In this document: positions 31,439 to 48,800 of the stretch, piece after piece
Position numbering within the stretch: the stretch's first letter is position 1
Layout: every line of letters starts with the position of its first letter
DNA from: Escherichia phage PBM-1
DNA length: 64,000 nt
Sequence record: PV029540
Strand: one strand, 5' to 3'
Notes under the pieces: generated by a model
The model's input: the letters and a program-made list of their open reading frames with translations, nothing else
Databases searched by the model: none
What the model was told of the DNA's origin: nothing
Translations under genes and position numbers: made by a program

Positions 31439-32985
31439 GTAACAATACATATCAGCACGTATCAAATGAATCAAAGTATGTTAAATTCGATCCTACTGGA
31501 TCGAATTTTCCTGGCACTGTTACGACAGTACAGTCTGCATTATCAAAAATAAGTAATATCGGCGTAAATGGTATTCCTGATGCAACTATGGAAGTTAAAG
31601 GAATAGCAATGATTGCGTCAGAACAAGAGGTTTTAGATGGAACTAATAACTCTAAAATCGTTACACCAGCTACATTAGCAACAAGATTATTGTATCCAAA
31701 TGCTACTGAAACTAAATATGGTTTAACGCGTTATTCAACAAATGAAGAAACATTAAAAGGCTCAGATAATAATTCATCAATAACACCACAAAAACTGAAA
31801 TACCACACTGACGATGTGTTCAAAAATAGATATTCGTCTGAGTCATCAAACGGGGTTATTAAAATATCATCTACACCTGCAGCTTTGGCTGGAGTTGATG
31901 ATACTACTGCGATGACTCCGCTAAAAACCCAAAAACTTGCAATAAAATTAATTTCGCAAATAGCTCCTTCAGAAGACACTGCAACAGAATCGGTGAGAGG
32001 AGTAGTTCAATTATCTACTGTTGCACAAATTCGTCAAGGAACTCTCCGCGAAGGATATGCAATTTCCCCGTATACCTTTATGAATTCTGTTGCAACACAT
32101 GAATATAAAGGTGTTATACGCCTAGGAACGCAGACTGAAATTAATAATAATTTGGGTGGTGTTGCAGTAACAGGTGAAACACTAAATGGTCGAGGAGCTA
32201 CCGGTTCTATGCGTGGAGTAGTTAAATTAACGACGCAAGCCGGTATTGCCCCTGAAGGTGATAGCTCTGGAGCATTAGCATGGAACGCAGATGTAATTAA
32301 TACTCGTGGTGGACAAACTATTAATGGTTCTTTAAATTTAGACCATCTTACAGCAAATGGAATTTGGTCACGCGGTGGAATGTGGAAAAATGGCGATCAA
32401 CCTGTTGCCACTGAAAGATATGCGTCCGAAAGGGTTCCAGTTGGAACTATTATGATGTTTGCGGGTGATTCAGCACCTCCAGGTTGGATTATGTGTCACG
32501 GTGGAACCGTGTCAGGTGACCAATTTCCTGATTATAGAAACGTAGTTGGATCAAGATTTGGTGGTGATTGGAATAATCCTGGTATTCCTGATATGCGAGG
32601 TCTTTTCGTCAGAGGAGCCGGTACTGGCGGTCATATTTTAAATCAACGAGGACAAGATGGTTATGGAAAGGATAGACTTGGTGTAGGATGTGACGGAATG
32701 CATGTTGGTGGTGTCCAGGCACAACAAATGTCATACCATAAACACGCCGGTGGTTGGGGAGAATATAACAGAAGTGAAGGCCCATTTGGCGCGTCAGTTT
32801 ATCAAGGATATCTTGGAACTAGAAAATATTCCGACTGGGATAATGCTTCATACTTCACTAATGATGGATTTGAATTAGGTGGACCGAGAGATGCTCATGG
32901 TACACTTAATCGTGAAGGATTAATTGGTTATGAAACTAGACCATGGAATATATCATTAAACTATATTATTAAAATTCATTACTAA
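31435..32985 (+). CDS. 12: gp12 short tail fibre
   Basis: 516 aa; N-terminus [26 protein letters not shown]. Confidence 0.9.
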   Translation: MSNNTYQHVSNESKYVKFDPTGSNFPGTVTTVQSALSKISNIGVNGIPDATMEVKGIAMIASEQEVLDGTNNSKIVTPATLATRLLYPNATETKYGLTRYSTNEETLKGSDNNSSITPQKLKYHTDDVFKNRYSSESSNGVIKISSTPAALAGVDDTTAMTPLKTQKLAIKLISQIAPSEDTATESVRGVVQLSTVAQIRQGTLREGYAISPYTFMNSVATHEYKGVIRLGTQTEINNNLGGVAVTGETLNGRGATGSMRGVVKLTTQAGIAPEGDSSGALAWNADVINTRGGQTINGSLNLDHLTANGIWSRGGMWKNGDQPVATERYASERVPVGTIMMFAGDSAPPGWIMCHGGTVSGDQFPDYRNVVGSRFGGDWNNPGIPDMRGLFVRGAGTGGHILNQRGQDGYGKDRLGVGCDGMHVGGVQAQQMSYHKHAGGWGEYNRSEGPFGASVYQGYLGTRKYSDWDNASYFTNDGFELGGPRDAHGTLNREGLIGYETRPWNISLNYIIKIHY

Positions 32986-32994
32986 GGATTACAA

Positions 32995-34452
32995 ATGATT
33001 GAATTAAAAGAGTTACCTTTTGTTGATAGCGCTCCTGACGAAGGTCAAGAGCGTATTTCATGGATTAAAAATGGTGAAGAAATATTAGGAGCTAGTACTA
33101 AGTATGGAAATGATGGATCAATGAATAGACCTATTGTTTCCGTGTTTAAAAATGTCGAAGTTCTTGATGAAAATGTGGGAATTCTTAAAACTGCCATTGA
33201 AACATCACAGAAAGATATTAAAACAATTCAAGGAGTTTTAGATGTATCAGGAGATATAGAAGCACTAGCACAGATCAGTGTTAATAAAAATGACATATCA
33301 AATTTAAAGACACTTACTAATGAACACACTGATATATTAACTGGAACTAATAATACAGTTGACAAAATTATTGCTGATATAGGTCCATTTAATGATGAAG
33401 AAAACTCTGTTTACAGAACAATTAGAAATGATTTATTGTGGATTAAACAGGAATTAGGACAATATTCTGGTCAAGACATTAACGGTCTTCCTGTTGTTGG
33501 TAATGCTAGCACAGGAATGAAACACAGAATAATAACAAATAGTACGTTATTATCTTCACAAGGCATTCGTTTAAGCGAATTAGAAACTAAATTTACTGAA
33601 TCTGACGTAGGATCATTAACTGTTGAAGTTGGTAAATTACGCGATGAACTTGGTAATAAACCGGTAGATTTTGGGCCAAATATTTATAATAGATTAAACA
33701 CCATAGATGATAAACAAACTTTAATAAATTCTGATATAGCAGAAATTAAATCTTCTATTGGATACCCAGAAAATGTTTCTATAATAACAGAAATTAATAA
33801 TAACAAAAGTAGCATTGAAGCTATTAATAATGAATTAAATCAGAGTGAAGGTGTTAAACAGCGCTTAACGGCTATTGAAACTTCTATAGGTTCAGATGAT
33901 ATTCCTTCTAGTATTAAAGGAAAAATTAAAAATCACACAACTTCTATTGAGTCTTTAAATGGAATTGTCGGTGAAAACACTTCGTCTGGTTTAAGAGCAA
34001 ATGTTTCGTGGTTAAATCAAATTGTTGGAACTGACTCCAGCGGAGGACAACCGTCTCCTTCTGGATCTCTATTAAATAGAGTTTCAGTGATTGAAGGAGA
34101 AGTTTCAGTTTTAAACAATAATGTTCAAAATATACAAGTTGAAATAGGAAATAATAGAACAGGAATTAAAGGTCAAGTTATTGAACTTACTTCACTTATA
34201 AATGGAAATAATCCTGACGGATCAACTGTTGAAGAACGAGGATTAACTAATTCTGTAAAAACGAATGAAACTAACATTGCGGCAGTCACACAGGAAGTAA
34301 ATACAGTTAAAGAAAATATATCCTCTTTACAGAGTAGTGTTCAAGATCTACAAGAAGCAGGTTATATTCCTGAAGCTCCAAAAGATGGCCAAGCTTACGT
34401 TCGTAAAGACGGCGAATGGGTATTGCTTTCTACCTTTTTATCACCAGCATAA
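32995..34452 (+). CDS. wac: fibritin (whisker antigen control)
   Basis: 485 aa; coiled coil; C-terminal foldon [27 protein letters not shown]. Confidence 0.95.
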   Translation: MIELKELPFVDSAPDEGQERISWIKNGEEILGASTKYGNDGSMNRPIVSVFKNVEVLDENVGILKTAIETSQKDIKTIQGVLDVSGDIEALAQISVNKNDISNLKTLTNEHTDILTGTNNTVDKIIADIGPFNDEENSVYRTIRNDLLWIKQELGQYSGQDINGLPVVGNASTGMKHRIITNSTLLSSQGIRLSELETKFTESDVGSLTVEVGKLRDELGNKPVDFGPNIYNRLNTIDDKQTLINSDIAEIKSSIGYPENVSIITEINNNKSSIEAINNELNQSEGVKQRLTAIETSIGSDDIPSSIKGKIKNHTTSIESLNGIVGENTSSGLRANVSWLNQIVGTDSSGGQPSPSGSLLNRVSVIEGEVSVLNNNVQNIQVEIGNNRTGIKGQVIELTSLINGNNPDGSTVEERGLTNSVKTNETNIAAVTQEVNTVKENISSLQSSVQDLQEAGYIPEAPKDGQAYVRKDGEWVLLSTFLSPA

Positions 34453-34483
34453 CATGGGGCCGCAAGGCCCCAAAGGATTTTAA

Positions 34484-36185
<1,702 letters not shown>

Positions 36186-36226
36186 TAAATATTATAAACT
36201 AATTAAAGCCCAGATTAGGAGAAATC

Positions 36227-39367
<3,141 letters not shown>

Positions 39368-39395
39368 TATTAAAGCATATTAAAGAGGATTAAAA

Positions 39396-41375
39396 ATGAC
39401 TTTATTATCTCCGGGCATTGAGCTCAAAGAAACTACGGTTCAAAGCACCGTGGTTAATAACTCTACTGGTACAGCAGCTTTGGCCGGTAAATTCCAGTGG
39501 GGTCCTGCTTTTCAAATTAAACAGGTTACAAATGAAGTAGATTTAGTTAATACTTTTGGTCAACCTACAGCTGAAACTGCTGACTATTTTATGTCTGCAA
39601 TGAATTTCTTACAATACGGAAATGATTTGCGAGTTGTGCGTGCTGTCGATAGAGATACCGCTAAAAACTCATCTCCGATTGCCGGTAATATTGAATACAC
39701 TATTTCTACCCCAGGTAGTAACTACGCGGTTGGAGATAAAATCACGGTTAAGTATGTTTCAGAAGATGTTGAAACAGAATGTAAAGTTACCGAAGTAGAT
39801 GCTGATGGAAAAATTAAGAAAATTAATATTCCTACCGCAAAAATTATCGCTAAAGCGAAAGAAGTAGGCGAATATCCAGCATTAGGTTCTAACTGGACCG
39901 CGGAAATTTCTTCGTCTTCCTCTGGTTTAGCTGCAGTAATAACTCTTGGAAAAATTATTACTGATTCTGGTATTTTATTAGCTGAAATTGAAAATGCTGA
40001 AGCTGCTATGACAGCTGTTGACTTTCAAGCAAATCTCGAAAAATATGGAATTCCAGGAGTAGTAGCTCTTTATCCAGGCGAGTTGGGCGATAAAATCGAA
40101 ATTGAAATCGTATCTAAAGCTGACTACGCAAAAGGTGCTTCTGCATTACTTCCAATTTATCCAGGTGGCGGAACACGCGCATCTACTGCCAAAGCAGTGT
40201 TTGGATATGGACCACAAACTGATTCACAATACGCTATCATAGTTCGTCGCAATGATGCTATTGTTCAAAGCGTTGTTCTTTCGACAAAGCGAGGTGAAAA
40301 AGATATTTACGATAGTAACATCTATATTGACGACTTTTTCGCAAAAGGTGGTTCAGAATATATTTTCGCAACTGCACAAAACTGGCCAGAAGGCTTCTCT
40401 GGAATTTTAACTCTGTCTGGTGGATTATCATCAAATGCTGAAGTAACAGCAGGAGATTTGATGGAAGCTTGGGACTTCTTTGCTGACCGTGAATCTGTTG
40501 ATGTTCAGTTGTTTATTGCGGGTTCTTGTGCTGGTGAATCTTTAGAAACAGCATCTACTGTCCAAAAACACGTCGTCTCAATTGGGGATGCTCGCCAAGA
40601 TTGCTTAGTACTGTGCTCGCCACCGCGTGAAACTGTAGTTGGAATTCCTGTAACTCGTGCTGTTGATAACTTAGTCAATTGGAGAACCGCATCAGGTTCA
40701 TACACTGATAATAACTTTAATATCAGTTCAACCTACGCAGCAATTGATGGTAACTACAAGTATCAGTATGACAAATATAATGATGTAAATCGTTGGGTTC
40801 CATTAGCAGCTGACATTGCTGGTTTATGCGCGAGAACTGATAACGTTTCTCAGACTTGGATGTCTCCAGCTGGTTATAATCGTGGCCAGATTCTTAACGT
40901 TATTAAACTTGCTATTGAAACTCGCCAAGCTCAGCGCGACCGTTTATATCAAGAAGCTATCAACCCAGTAACTGGTACAGGTGGTGATGGTTACGTATTG
41001 TATGGTGATAAAACAGCTACTTCTGTTCCTTCTCCATTTGATCGTATTAACGTTCGTCGTCTGTTTAATATGTTGAAAACGAATATCGGACGTAGTTCAA
41101 AATATCGTTTGTTCGAATTAAACAACGCGTTTACTCGTTCATCGTTCCGCACAGAAACTTCCCAGTACTTGCAGGGAATTAAAGCTCTCGGTGGAATTTA
41201 TGAATATCGTGTAGTTTGCGATACAACAAATAACACTCCGTCAGTAATTGATAGAAATGAGTTTGTTGCAACATTCTACATCCAACCGGCGCGCAGTATA
41301 AATTATATTACTTTGAATTTCGTCGCAACTGCTACTGGTGCAGATTTCGATGAGTTAACTGGTCTTGCAGGTTAA
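39396..41375 (+). CDS. 18: gp18 tail sheath protein
   Basis: 659 aa as in T4. Confidence 0.95.
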   Translation: MTLLSPGIELKETTVQSTVVNNSTGTAALAGKFQWGPAFQIKQVTNEVDLVNTFGQPTAETADYFMSAMNFLQYGNDLRVVRAVDRDTAKNSSPIAGNIEYTISTPGSNYAVGDKITVKYVSEDVETECKVTEVDADGKIKKINIPTAKIIAKAKEVGEYPALGSNWTAEISSSSSGLAAVITLGKIITDSGILLAEIENAEAAMTAVDFQANLEKYGIPGVVALYPGELGDKIEIEIVSKADYAKGASALLPIYPGGGTRASTAKAVFGYGPQTDSQYAIIVRRNDAIVQSVVLSTKRGEKDIYDSNIYIDDFFAKGGSEYIFATAQNWPEGFSGILTLSGGLSSNAEVTAGDLMEAWDFFADRESVDVQLFIAGSCAGESLETASTVQKHVVSIGDARQDCLVLCSPPRETVVGIPVTRAVDNLVNWRTASGSYTDNNFNISSTYAAIDGNYKYQYDKYNDVNRWVPLAADIAGLCARTDNVSQTWMSPAGYNRGQILNVIKLAIETRQAQRDRLYQEAINPVTGTGGDGYVLYGDKTATSVPSPFDRINVRRLFNMLKTNIGRSSKYRLFELNNAFTRSSFRTETSQYLQGIKALGGIYEYRVVCDTTNNTPSVIDRNEFVATFYIQPARSINYITLNFVATATGADFDELTGLAG

Positions 41376-41383
41376 TTGATTAT

Positions 41384-41397
41384 GGGGCTTCGGCCCC
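41384..41397 (+). other. GC hairpin with UUCG tetraloop after gene 18
   Basis: GGGGC-TTCG-GCCCC directly after the gene 18 stop, covering the first codons of the HNH ORF. Confidence 0.6.
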
Positions 41398-41414
41398 TAT
41401 TCTCGAGGAAACAA

Positions 41415-42032
41415 GTGATTATTTCTAAGTTTGTTAAAGTGAAAATTGTACCATCAAATTTTAAACATTATCAATCAAAGGGTTATAAATTAACACCTCT
41501 TGGAGCGGTTAAACACGGATTTAGGTATTATGAAATTGATGTTAAAGTTGAAGACATTAAAGGTAATACCGCGTATGTAAAATGCCGTTGCGATAAATGT
41601 GGAATTGAATATAACCAACGCATTGGAAGAAACACTGATATTTGTCGTGATTGCCGTCATAAAGATAAAATGCGCAATAATTCATATGGTTCCGCGAATA
41701 AAGGAAAAACAGTAGAATGTATGCATGGCGTAAATCATCCAAGATGGAACCCAAATAAATCTGAAATGCGTGAATATATTTCATTGGTATATAAAGAAAC
41801 TCGTAAGCATAAGAAAATTTGGTCAAAATGGCCAAATGCTGATAAAATAGGAGTGTGCGGTACAAAAGGTGCTTACCAACTTGATCATAAGGTATCTATC
41901 AAATACGGTTTTGATAATTTAATTCCTGCTGAAATAATTGGCGGTATTAATAATTTAGAAATAATCACTTGGGAATCTAACCGAGAAAAATCAAAAAGAA
42001 ATAGTGTAGATCTTTGGGATTTACTAGAATGA
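41415..42032 (+). CDS. HNH homing endonuclease inserted between genes 18 and 19
   Basis: ORF 41376-42032 (first codon TTG, inside a GC hairpin); GTG at 41415 has GAGGA SD; CxxC...CxxC zinc-finger-like motifs and HNH-like YQLDHKVSIKYGFDN...N. Confidence 0.7.
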   Translation: MIISKFVKVKIVPSNFKHYQSKGYKLTPLGAVKHGFRYYEIDVKVEDIKGNTAYVKCRCDKCGIEYNQRIGRNTDICRDCRHKDKMRNNSYGSANKGKTVECMHGVNHPRWNPNKSEMREYISLVYKETRKHKKIWSKWPNADKIGVCGTKGAYQLDHKVSIKYGFDNLIPAEIIGGINNLEIITWESNREKSKRNSVDLWDLLE

Positions 42033-42039
42033 TTCTAAA

Positions 42040-42057
42040 GGCCTGTTTCGGCAGGCC
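42040..42057 (+). other. hairpin after the HNH gene
   Basis: GGCCTG-TTTCGG-CAGGCC just after the HNH stop and before the gene 19 late promoters. Confidence 0.5.
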
Positions 42058-42058
42058 A

Positions 42059-42066
42059 TATAAATA
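42059..42066 (+). promoter_or_regulatory. late promoter (TATAAATA), distal, for gene 19
   Basis: Exact TATAAATA right after the hairpin that follows the HNH gene. Confidence 0.55.
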
Positions 42067-42117
42067 CACTATATCCTTAATTCTTTAATTCTATATGCCC
42101 TAGGTTAAACATAGGGA

Positions 42118-42125
42118 TATAAATA
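42118..42125 (+). promoter_or_regulatory. late promoter (TATAAATA), proximal, for gene 19
   Basis: Exact TATAAATA ~15 nt upstream of the gene 19 ATG. Confidence 0.6.
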
Positions 42126-42139
42126 CTACAGAGGCTAAT

Positions 42140-42631
42140 ATGTTTGTAGATGATGTAACACGAGCGTTTGAATCTGGTGATTTTGCTCGACCTAACTTAT
42201 TCCAAGTAGAAATTTCTTATCTTGGACAAAATTTTACGTTTCAATGTAAAGCCACTGCTTTACCAGCTGGCATTGTAGAAAAAATTCCAGTCGGATTCAT
42301 GAACCGTAAAATTAACGTAGCAGGCGATCGTACATTCGATGACTGGACTGTTACAGTAATGAACGATGAGGCACATGATGCTCGCCAGAAGTTTGTTGAT
42401 TGGCAAAGCATTGCTGCTGGGCAAGGGAACGAAATTACTGGTGGAAAACCAGCAGAATATAAAAAGAGCGCTGTTGTTCGCCAATATGCTCGTGACGCTA
42501 AAACTGTAACAAAAGAAGTCGAAATTAAAGGCCTGTGGCCTACTAACGTGGGTGAACTTCAATTAGATTGGGATTCAAACAATGAAATCCAAACATTTGA
42601 AGTAACTCTTGCTCTCGATTATTGGGAATAA
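42140..42631 (+). CDS. 19: gp19 tail tube protein
   Basis: 163 aa; two late promoters upstream. Confidence 0.95.
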   Translation: MFVDDVTRAFESGDFARPNLFQVEISYLGQNFTFQCKATALPAGIVEKIPVGFMNRKINVAGDRTFDDWTVTVMNDEAHDARQKFVDWQSIAAGQGNEITGGKPAEYKKSAVVRQYARDAKTVTKEVEIKGLWPTNVGELQLDWDSNNEIQTFEVTLALDYWE

Positions 42632-42663
42632 AATGAATGGGGAGAAATCCCCATCCTGCTTAA

Positions 42664-44288
<1,625 letters not shown>

Positions 44289-44289
<1 letters not shown>

Positions 44290-44546
44290 TGGAAGGTTTA
44301 ATTGAAGCTATTAAATCAAACGACCTCGTAGCCGCTCGTAAATTCTTTGCTGAAGCCATGGCTGCAAGAACGATTGATTTAATTAAAGAAGAAAAAATCG
44401 CTATCGCTCGTAATTTCTTAATCGAAGGTGAAGAACCTGATGATGAGGATGACGAAGACGAGGATGATGACGAAGATAGCGATGATAAAGACGACAAAAA
44501 AGACAAAGACTCTGACGAAGATGACGAAGACGAGGATGATGAATAA
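44289..44546 (+). CDS. 67: gp67 prohead core protein
   Basis: 85 aa; highly acidic D/E-rich C-terminal half; position. Confidence 0.8.
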
Positions 44547-44971
44547 TGCTTCTGATCCCTGAAACTCATGAATTAGTTCTCGAGAATGTCGAAGCACTTA
44601 TTCCTGAAGCACAGGGTCGCTTTGACGAATTGTCTTCTGCTTTAAATAAAGACGATATAAATACAATTGTCGAGAATATGCTTGATGATGAAACTGATTT
44701 AGCGATTGCATTAGCTTCTATTAATGAAGATATGCCGCTAAATGAATTCATCGTTAAACATGTTTCTGCTCGTGGTGAAATTACACGTACTAAAGACCGC
44801 AAGACGCGTGAACGTAATGCATTTCAAACCACCGGGCTGTCTAAAGCAAAACGTAGACAAATTGCTCGCAAAGCTACCAAAACGAAGATTGCCAACCCAG
44901 CAGGTCAATCTCGTGCTCAGCGTAAGCGTAAAAAAGCTCTTAAACGCCGTAAAGCATTAGGATTAAGCTAA
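44546..44971 (+). CDS. 68: gp68 prohead core protein
   Basis: 141 aa; position. Confidence 0.8.
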   Translation: MLLIPETHELVLENVEALIPEAQGRFDELSSALNKDDINTIVENMLDDETDLAIALASINEDMPLNEFIVKHVSARGEITRTKDRKTRERNAFQTTGLSKAKRRQIARKATKTKIANPAGQSRAQRKRKKALKRRKALGLS

Positions 44972-45603
44972 TGAATGAACCCCAATTACTAATTGAAACT
45001 TGGGGTCAACCTGGCGAAATTATTGATGGTGTGCCAATGCTTGAATCTCATGATGGAAAAGACCTCGGTTTAAAACCTGGTTTATACATCGAAGGAATAT
45101 TCATGCAAGCGGAAGTCGTCAATAGAAATAAACGTCTTTATCCAAAACGCATATTAGAAAAAGCGGTAAAAGACTATATCAATGAGCAAGTTTTAACAAA
45201 ACAAGCTCTCGGAGAATTAAATCATCCTCCACGCGCTAAAGTTGACCCGATGCAAGCCGCTATCATTATAGAAGATATGTGGTGGAAAGGAAATGACGTA
45301 TACGGACGAGCTCGTGTTATTGAAGGTGACCATGGTCCTGGAGATAAATTAGCAGCTAATATTCGTGCCGGATGGATTCCAGGAGTTTCTTCTCGTGGAT
45401 TAGGTTCATTGACTGACACAAATAAAGGTTATCGTATCGTAAACGAAGGATTCAAATTAACTGTAGGTGTTGATGCAGTATGGGGTCCAAGTGCTCCAGA
45501 TGCATGGGTAACCGTGCTTTTCCGCGGTTTTTCTTATAATAATAAGCGAAATCACGACGCCAGTATCCAGATTTCGCGTTATCAATACACAATACAATTT
45601 TAG
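44971..45603 (+). CDS. 21: gp21 prohead core protease, C-terminus replaced by read-through into antisense rnh
   Basis: Position and size fit T4 gp21 through about aa 181 (~45513); the remaining 29 aa are the reverse-complement reading of rnh codons. Confidence 0.7.
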   Translation: MNEPQLLIETWGQPGEIIDGVPMLESHDGKDLGLKPGLYIEGIFMQAEVVNRNKRLYPKRILEKAVKDYINEQVLTKQALGELNHPPRAKVDPMQAAIIIEDMWWKGNDVYGRARVIEGDHGPGDKLAANIRAGWIPGVSSRGLGSLTDTNKGYRIVNEGFKLTVGVDAVWGPSAPDAWVTVLFRGFSYNNKRNHDASIQISRYQYTIQF

Positions 45604-45808
45604 TGTATCCAAGAGTTTTTGCTTTTTTAACATTGAACTTAATTGAGTTCAATATCAAATGACGAACCATTGATAAATTAATTTTTTCTTTATCTGGGAA
45701 GTTTACCAGAGCAGTTGAAAGCGCAATCTGACTAAAGTCAATTAAGCAAATTCCTTCTTTGTAATCTTCATCCAGCATCATTTCTAAATCCATATGAACC
45801 TCGTTCAA
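45452..45808 (-). pseudogene. rnh: RNase H (rnh) 5' fragment: first ~94 codons only
   Basis: From Met6 (45793) matches T4 RNase H MDLEMMLDEDYKEGICLIDFSQ...KKNRGKAR, then diverges at ~45512 into antisense of gene 21; full rnh is 305 aa. Confidence 0.85.
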
Positions 45809-45819
45809 TTAGTGAGATT

Positions 45820-45865
45820 TCTATTATATACTATCTAAATCTTAAAGTAAACAAGTATAAATACT
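45820..45865 (-). promoter_or_regulatory. early promoter for rnh
   Basis: Minus strand GTTTAC-N16/17-TATATAAT upstream of the rnh start. Confidence 0.5.
45856..45863 (+). promoter_or_regulatory. late promoter (TATAAATA) for gene 34
   Basis: Exact TATAAATA ~35 nt upstream of the gene 34 ATG. Confidence 0.6.
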
Positions 45866-45897
45866 TATTATTGAAAACACAATAGGAGCCCGGGAGA

Positions 45898-48800
45898 ATG
45901 GCCGAGATTAAAAGAAAGTTCAGAGCAGAAGATGGTCTGGACGCAGGTGGCGATAAAATAATCAACGTAGCTTTAGCTGATCGTACCGTAGGAACTGACG
46001 GTGTTAACGTTGATTACTTAATTCAAGAAAACACAGTTCAACAATATGATCCAACTCGTGGATATTTAAAAGATTTTGTAATCATTTATAATAATCGTTT
46101 TTGGGCAGCAACGGATAATATTCCAAAACCTGCTGGAAGTTTTAATAGAATTCGTTGGAAAGCATTACGTACTGATGCTGTATATACAACCGTATCATCT
46201 GGACCGTATCAATTAAAATCCGGAGAAGCAATTTCAGTAGATACATCAGTTGGTAATGACATTGAGTTTACTTTACCACCTTCTCCGCTCGATGGAGAAA
46301 CAGTAATAATTCAAGATATCGGTGGAAAACCTGGTATAAATCAGGTTAAAATAAGTTCTTCAAATCAGAGCATTGTTAATTTTAGAGGTGAACAAGTACG
46401 TTCAGTTTTAATGACTCATCCAAAGTCACAGATGATATTCATTTTTAATAATCGTTTGTGGCAAATGTATGTTGCTGATTATAGCAGAGAAGCTGCAATT
46501 GTTACTCCATCGACTGCATATCAAGCACAATCTAATGATTTTATTGTGCGTAGATTTACTTCCGCAGCGCCGATTAATATTAAACTTCCGAGATTTGCTA
46601 ATCATGGCGATATTATTAATTTCGTTGATTTAGATAAATTAAATCCACTTTATCATACAATTGTCACGACATATGATGAAACAACTTCAGTACAAGAAGT
46701 TGGAACTCATTCCATTGAAGGCCGTACATCTATTGATGGTTTCTTGATGTATGATGATAATGAGAAATTATGGAGATTATTTGACGGGGATAGTAAAGCA
46801 CGTTTACGTGTTATAACAACTAATTCTAATATTCGTCCAAACGAAGAAGTTATGGTATTTAGTGCGAATAATGGAACAACTCAAACAATTGAACTTCAGC
46901 TTCCGACCGATATTTCCATTGGCGATACTGTTAAAATTTCCATGAATTACATGAGAAAAGGCCAAACAGTTAAAATCAAAGCTGCCGGTGAAGATAAAAT
47001 TGCTTCTTCAGTTCAATTGCTGCAATTCCCAAAACGTTCAGAATATCCACCTGAAGCTGAATGGGTGACTGTTCAAGAATTAGTTTTTAACGGTGAAACT
47101 AATTATGTTCCAGTTTTACAACTTGCTTATATCGAAGATTCTGACGGAAAATACTGGGTTGTACAGCAAAACGTTCCAACAGTTGAAAGAGTCGATTCTT
47201 TAAATAATTCTACTAGAGCAAGATTAGGCGTAATTGCTTTAGCTACACAAGCTCAAGCTAATGCTGATTTAGAAAATTCTCCACAAAAAGAATTGGCAAT
47301 TACTCCAGAAACGTTAGCTAATCGTACTGCTACAGAAACTCGCAGAGGTATCGCAAGAATAGCAACTACTGCTCAAGTTAACCAGGATACTACATTCTCT
47401 TTTGCTGATGATATTATCATCACTCCTAAAAAGCTGAATGAAAGAACTGCTACAGAAACTCGCAGAGGTGTTGCTGAAATTGCTACGCAACAAGAAACTA
47501 ATGCAGGAACCGATGATACTACAATCATCACTCCTAAAAAGCTTCAAGCTCGTCAAGGTTCTGAATCATTATCTGGTATTGTAACCTTTGTATCTACTGC
47601 AGGTGCTACTCCAGCTTCTAGCCGTGAATTAAATGGTACGAATGTTTATAATAAAAACACTAATAATTTAGTTGTTTCACCTAAAGCTTTAGATCAGTAT
47701 AAAGCTACTCCAACACAACAAGGTGCAGTAATTTTAGCAGTTGAAAGTGAAGTAATTGCTGGACAGAGTCAAGAAGGATGGGCAAATGCGGTTGTAACGC
47801 CAGAAACGTTACATAAAAAGACATCAACTGATGCAAGAATTGGTTTAATTGAAATTGCTACGCAAAGTGAAGTTAATACAGGAACTGATTATACTCGCGC
47901 AGTCACTCCTAAAACTTTAAATGACCGTAAAGCAACTGAAAGTTTAAGTGGTATAGCTGAAATTGCTACGCAAGTTGAATTCGACGCAGGCGTCGACGAT
48001 ACTCGTATCTCTACACCATTAAAAATTAAAACCAGATTTAATAGTACTGATCGTACTTCTGTTGTTGCTCTATCTGGATTAGTTGAATCAGGAACTCTCT
48101 GGGACCATTATACCCTTAATATTCTTGAAGCAAATGAGACACAGCGTGGTACACTTCGTGTGGCTACACAAGTTGAATCTGCTGCAGGAATATTAGATAA
48201 TGTTCTAATAACTCCTAAAAAGCTTTTAGGTACTAAATCTACTGAAGCGCAAGAAGGCGTTATTAAAGTTGCAACTCAATCTGAAACTGTAGCTGGAACG
48301 TCAGCAAATACTGCTGTATCTCCAAAAAATTTAAAATGGATTGTGCAGAGCGAACCTACTTGGGCAGCAACTACTTTGGTAAGAGGTTTTGTTAAAACTT
48401 CATCTGGTTCAATTACATTCGTTGGTAATGATACAGTTGGTTCAACGCAGCCATTAGACTTGTACGAGAAAAATAGCTATGCAGTATCACCATATGAATT
48501 AAACCGTGTATTAGCAAATTATTTGCCGTTAAAAGCAAAAGCTGCTGACGCAAATTTATTAGATGGTCTAGATTCATCTCAGTTCATTCGTAGGGATATT
48601 GCCCAGACAGTTAATGGTTCACTAACCTTAACCAAACAAACGAACCTGAGTGCCCCTCTTGTATCATCTAGTACTGCTACGTTTGGTGGATCAGTTTCAG
48701 CAAATAGTACACTAACTATTTCTAATACTGGAACGGCAACTCAATTAATTTTTGAGAAAGGACCTCAAACTGGAACAAACCCGACTCAAACAATGACTGT

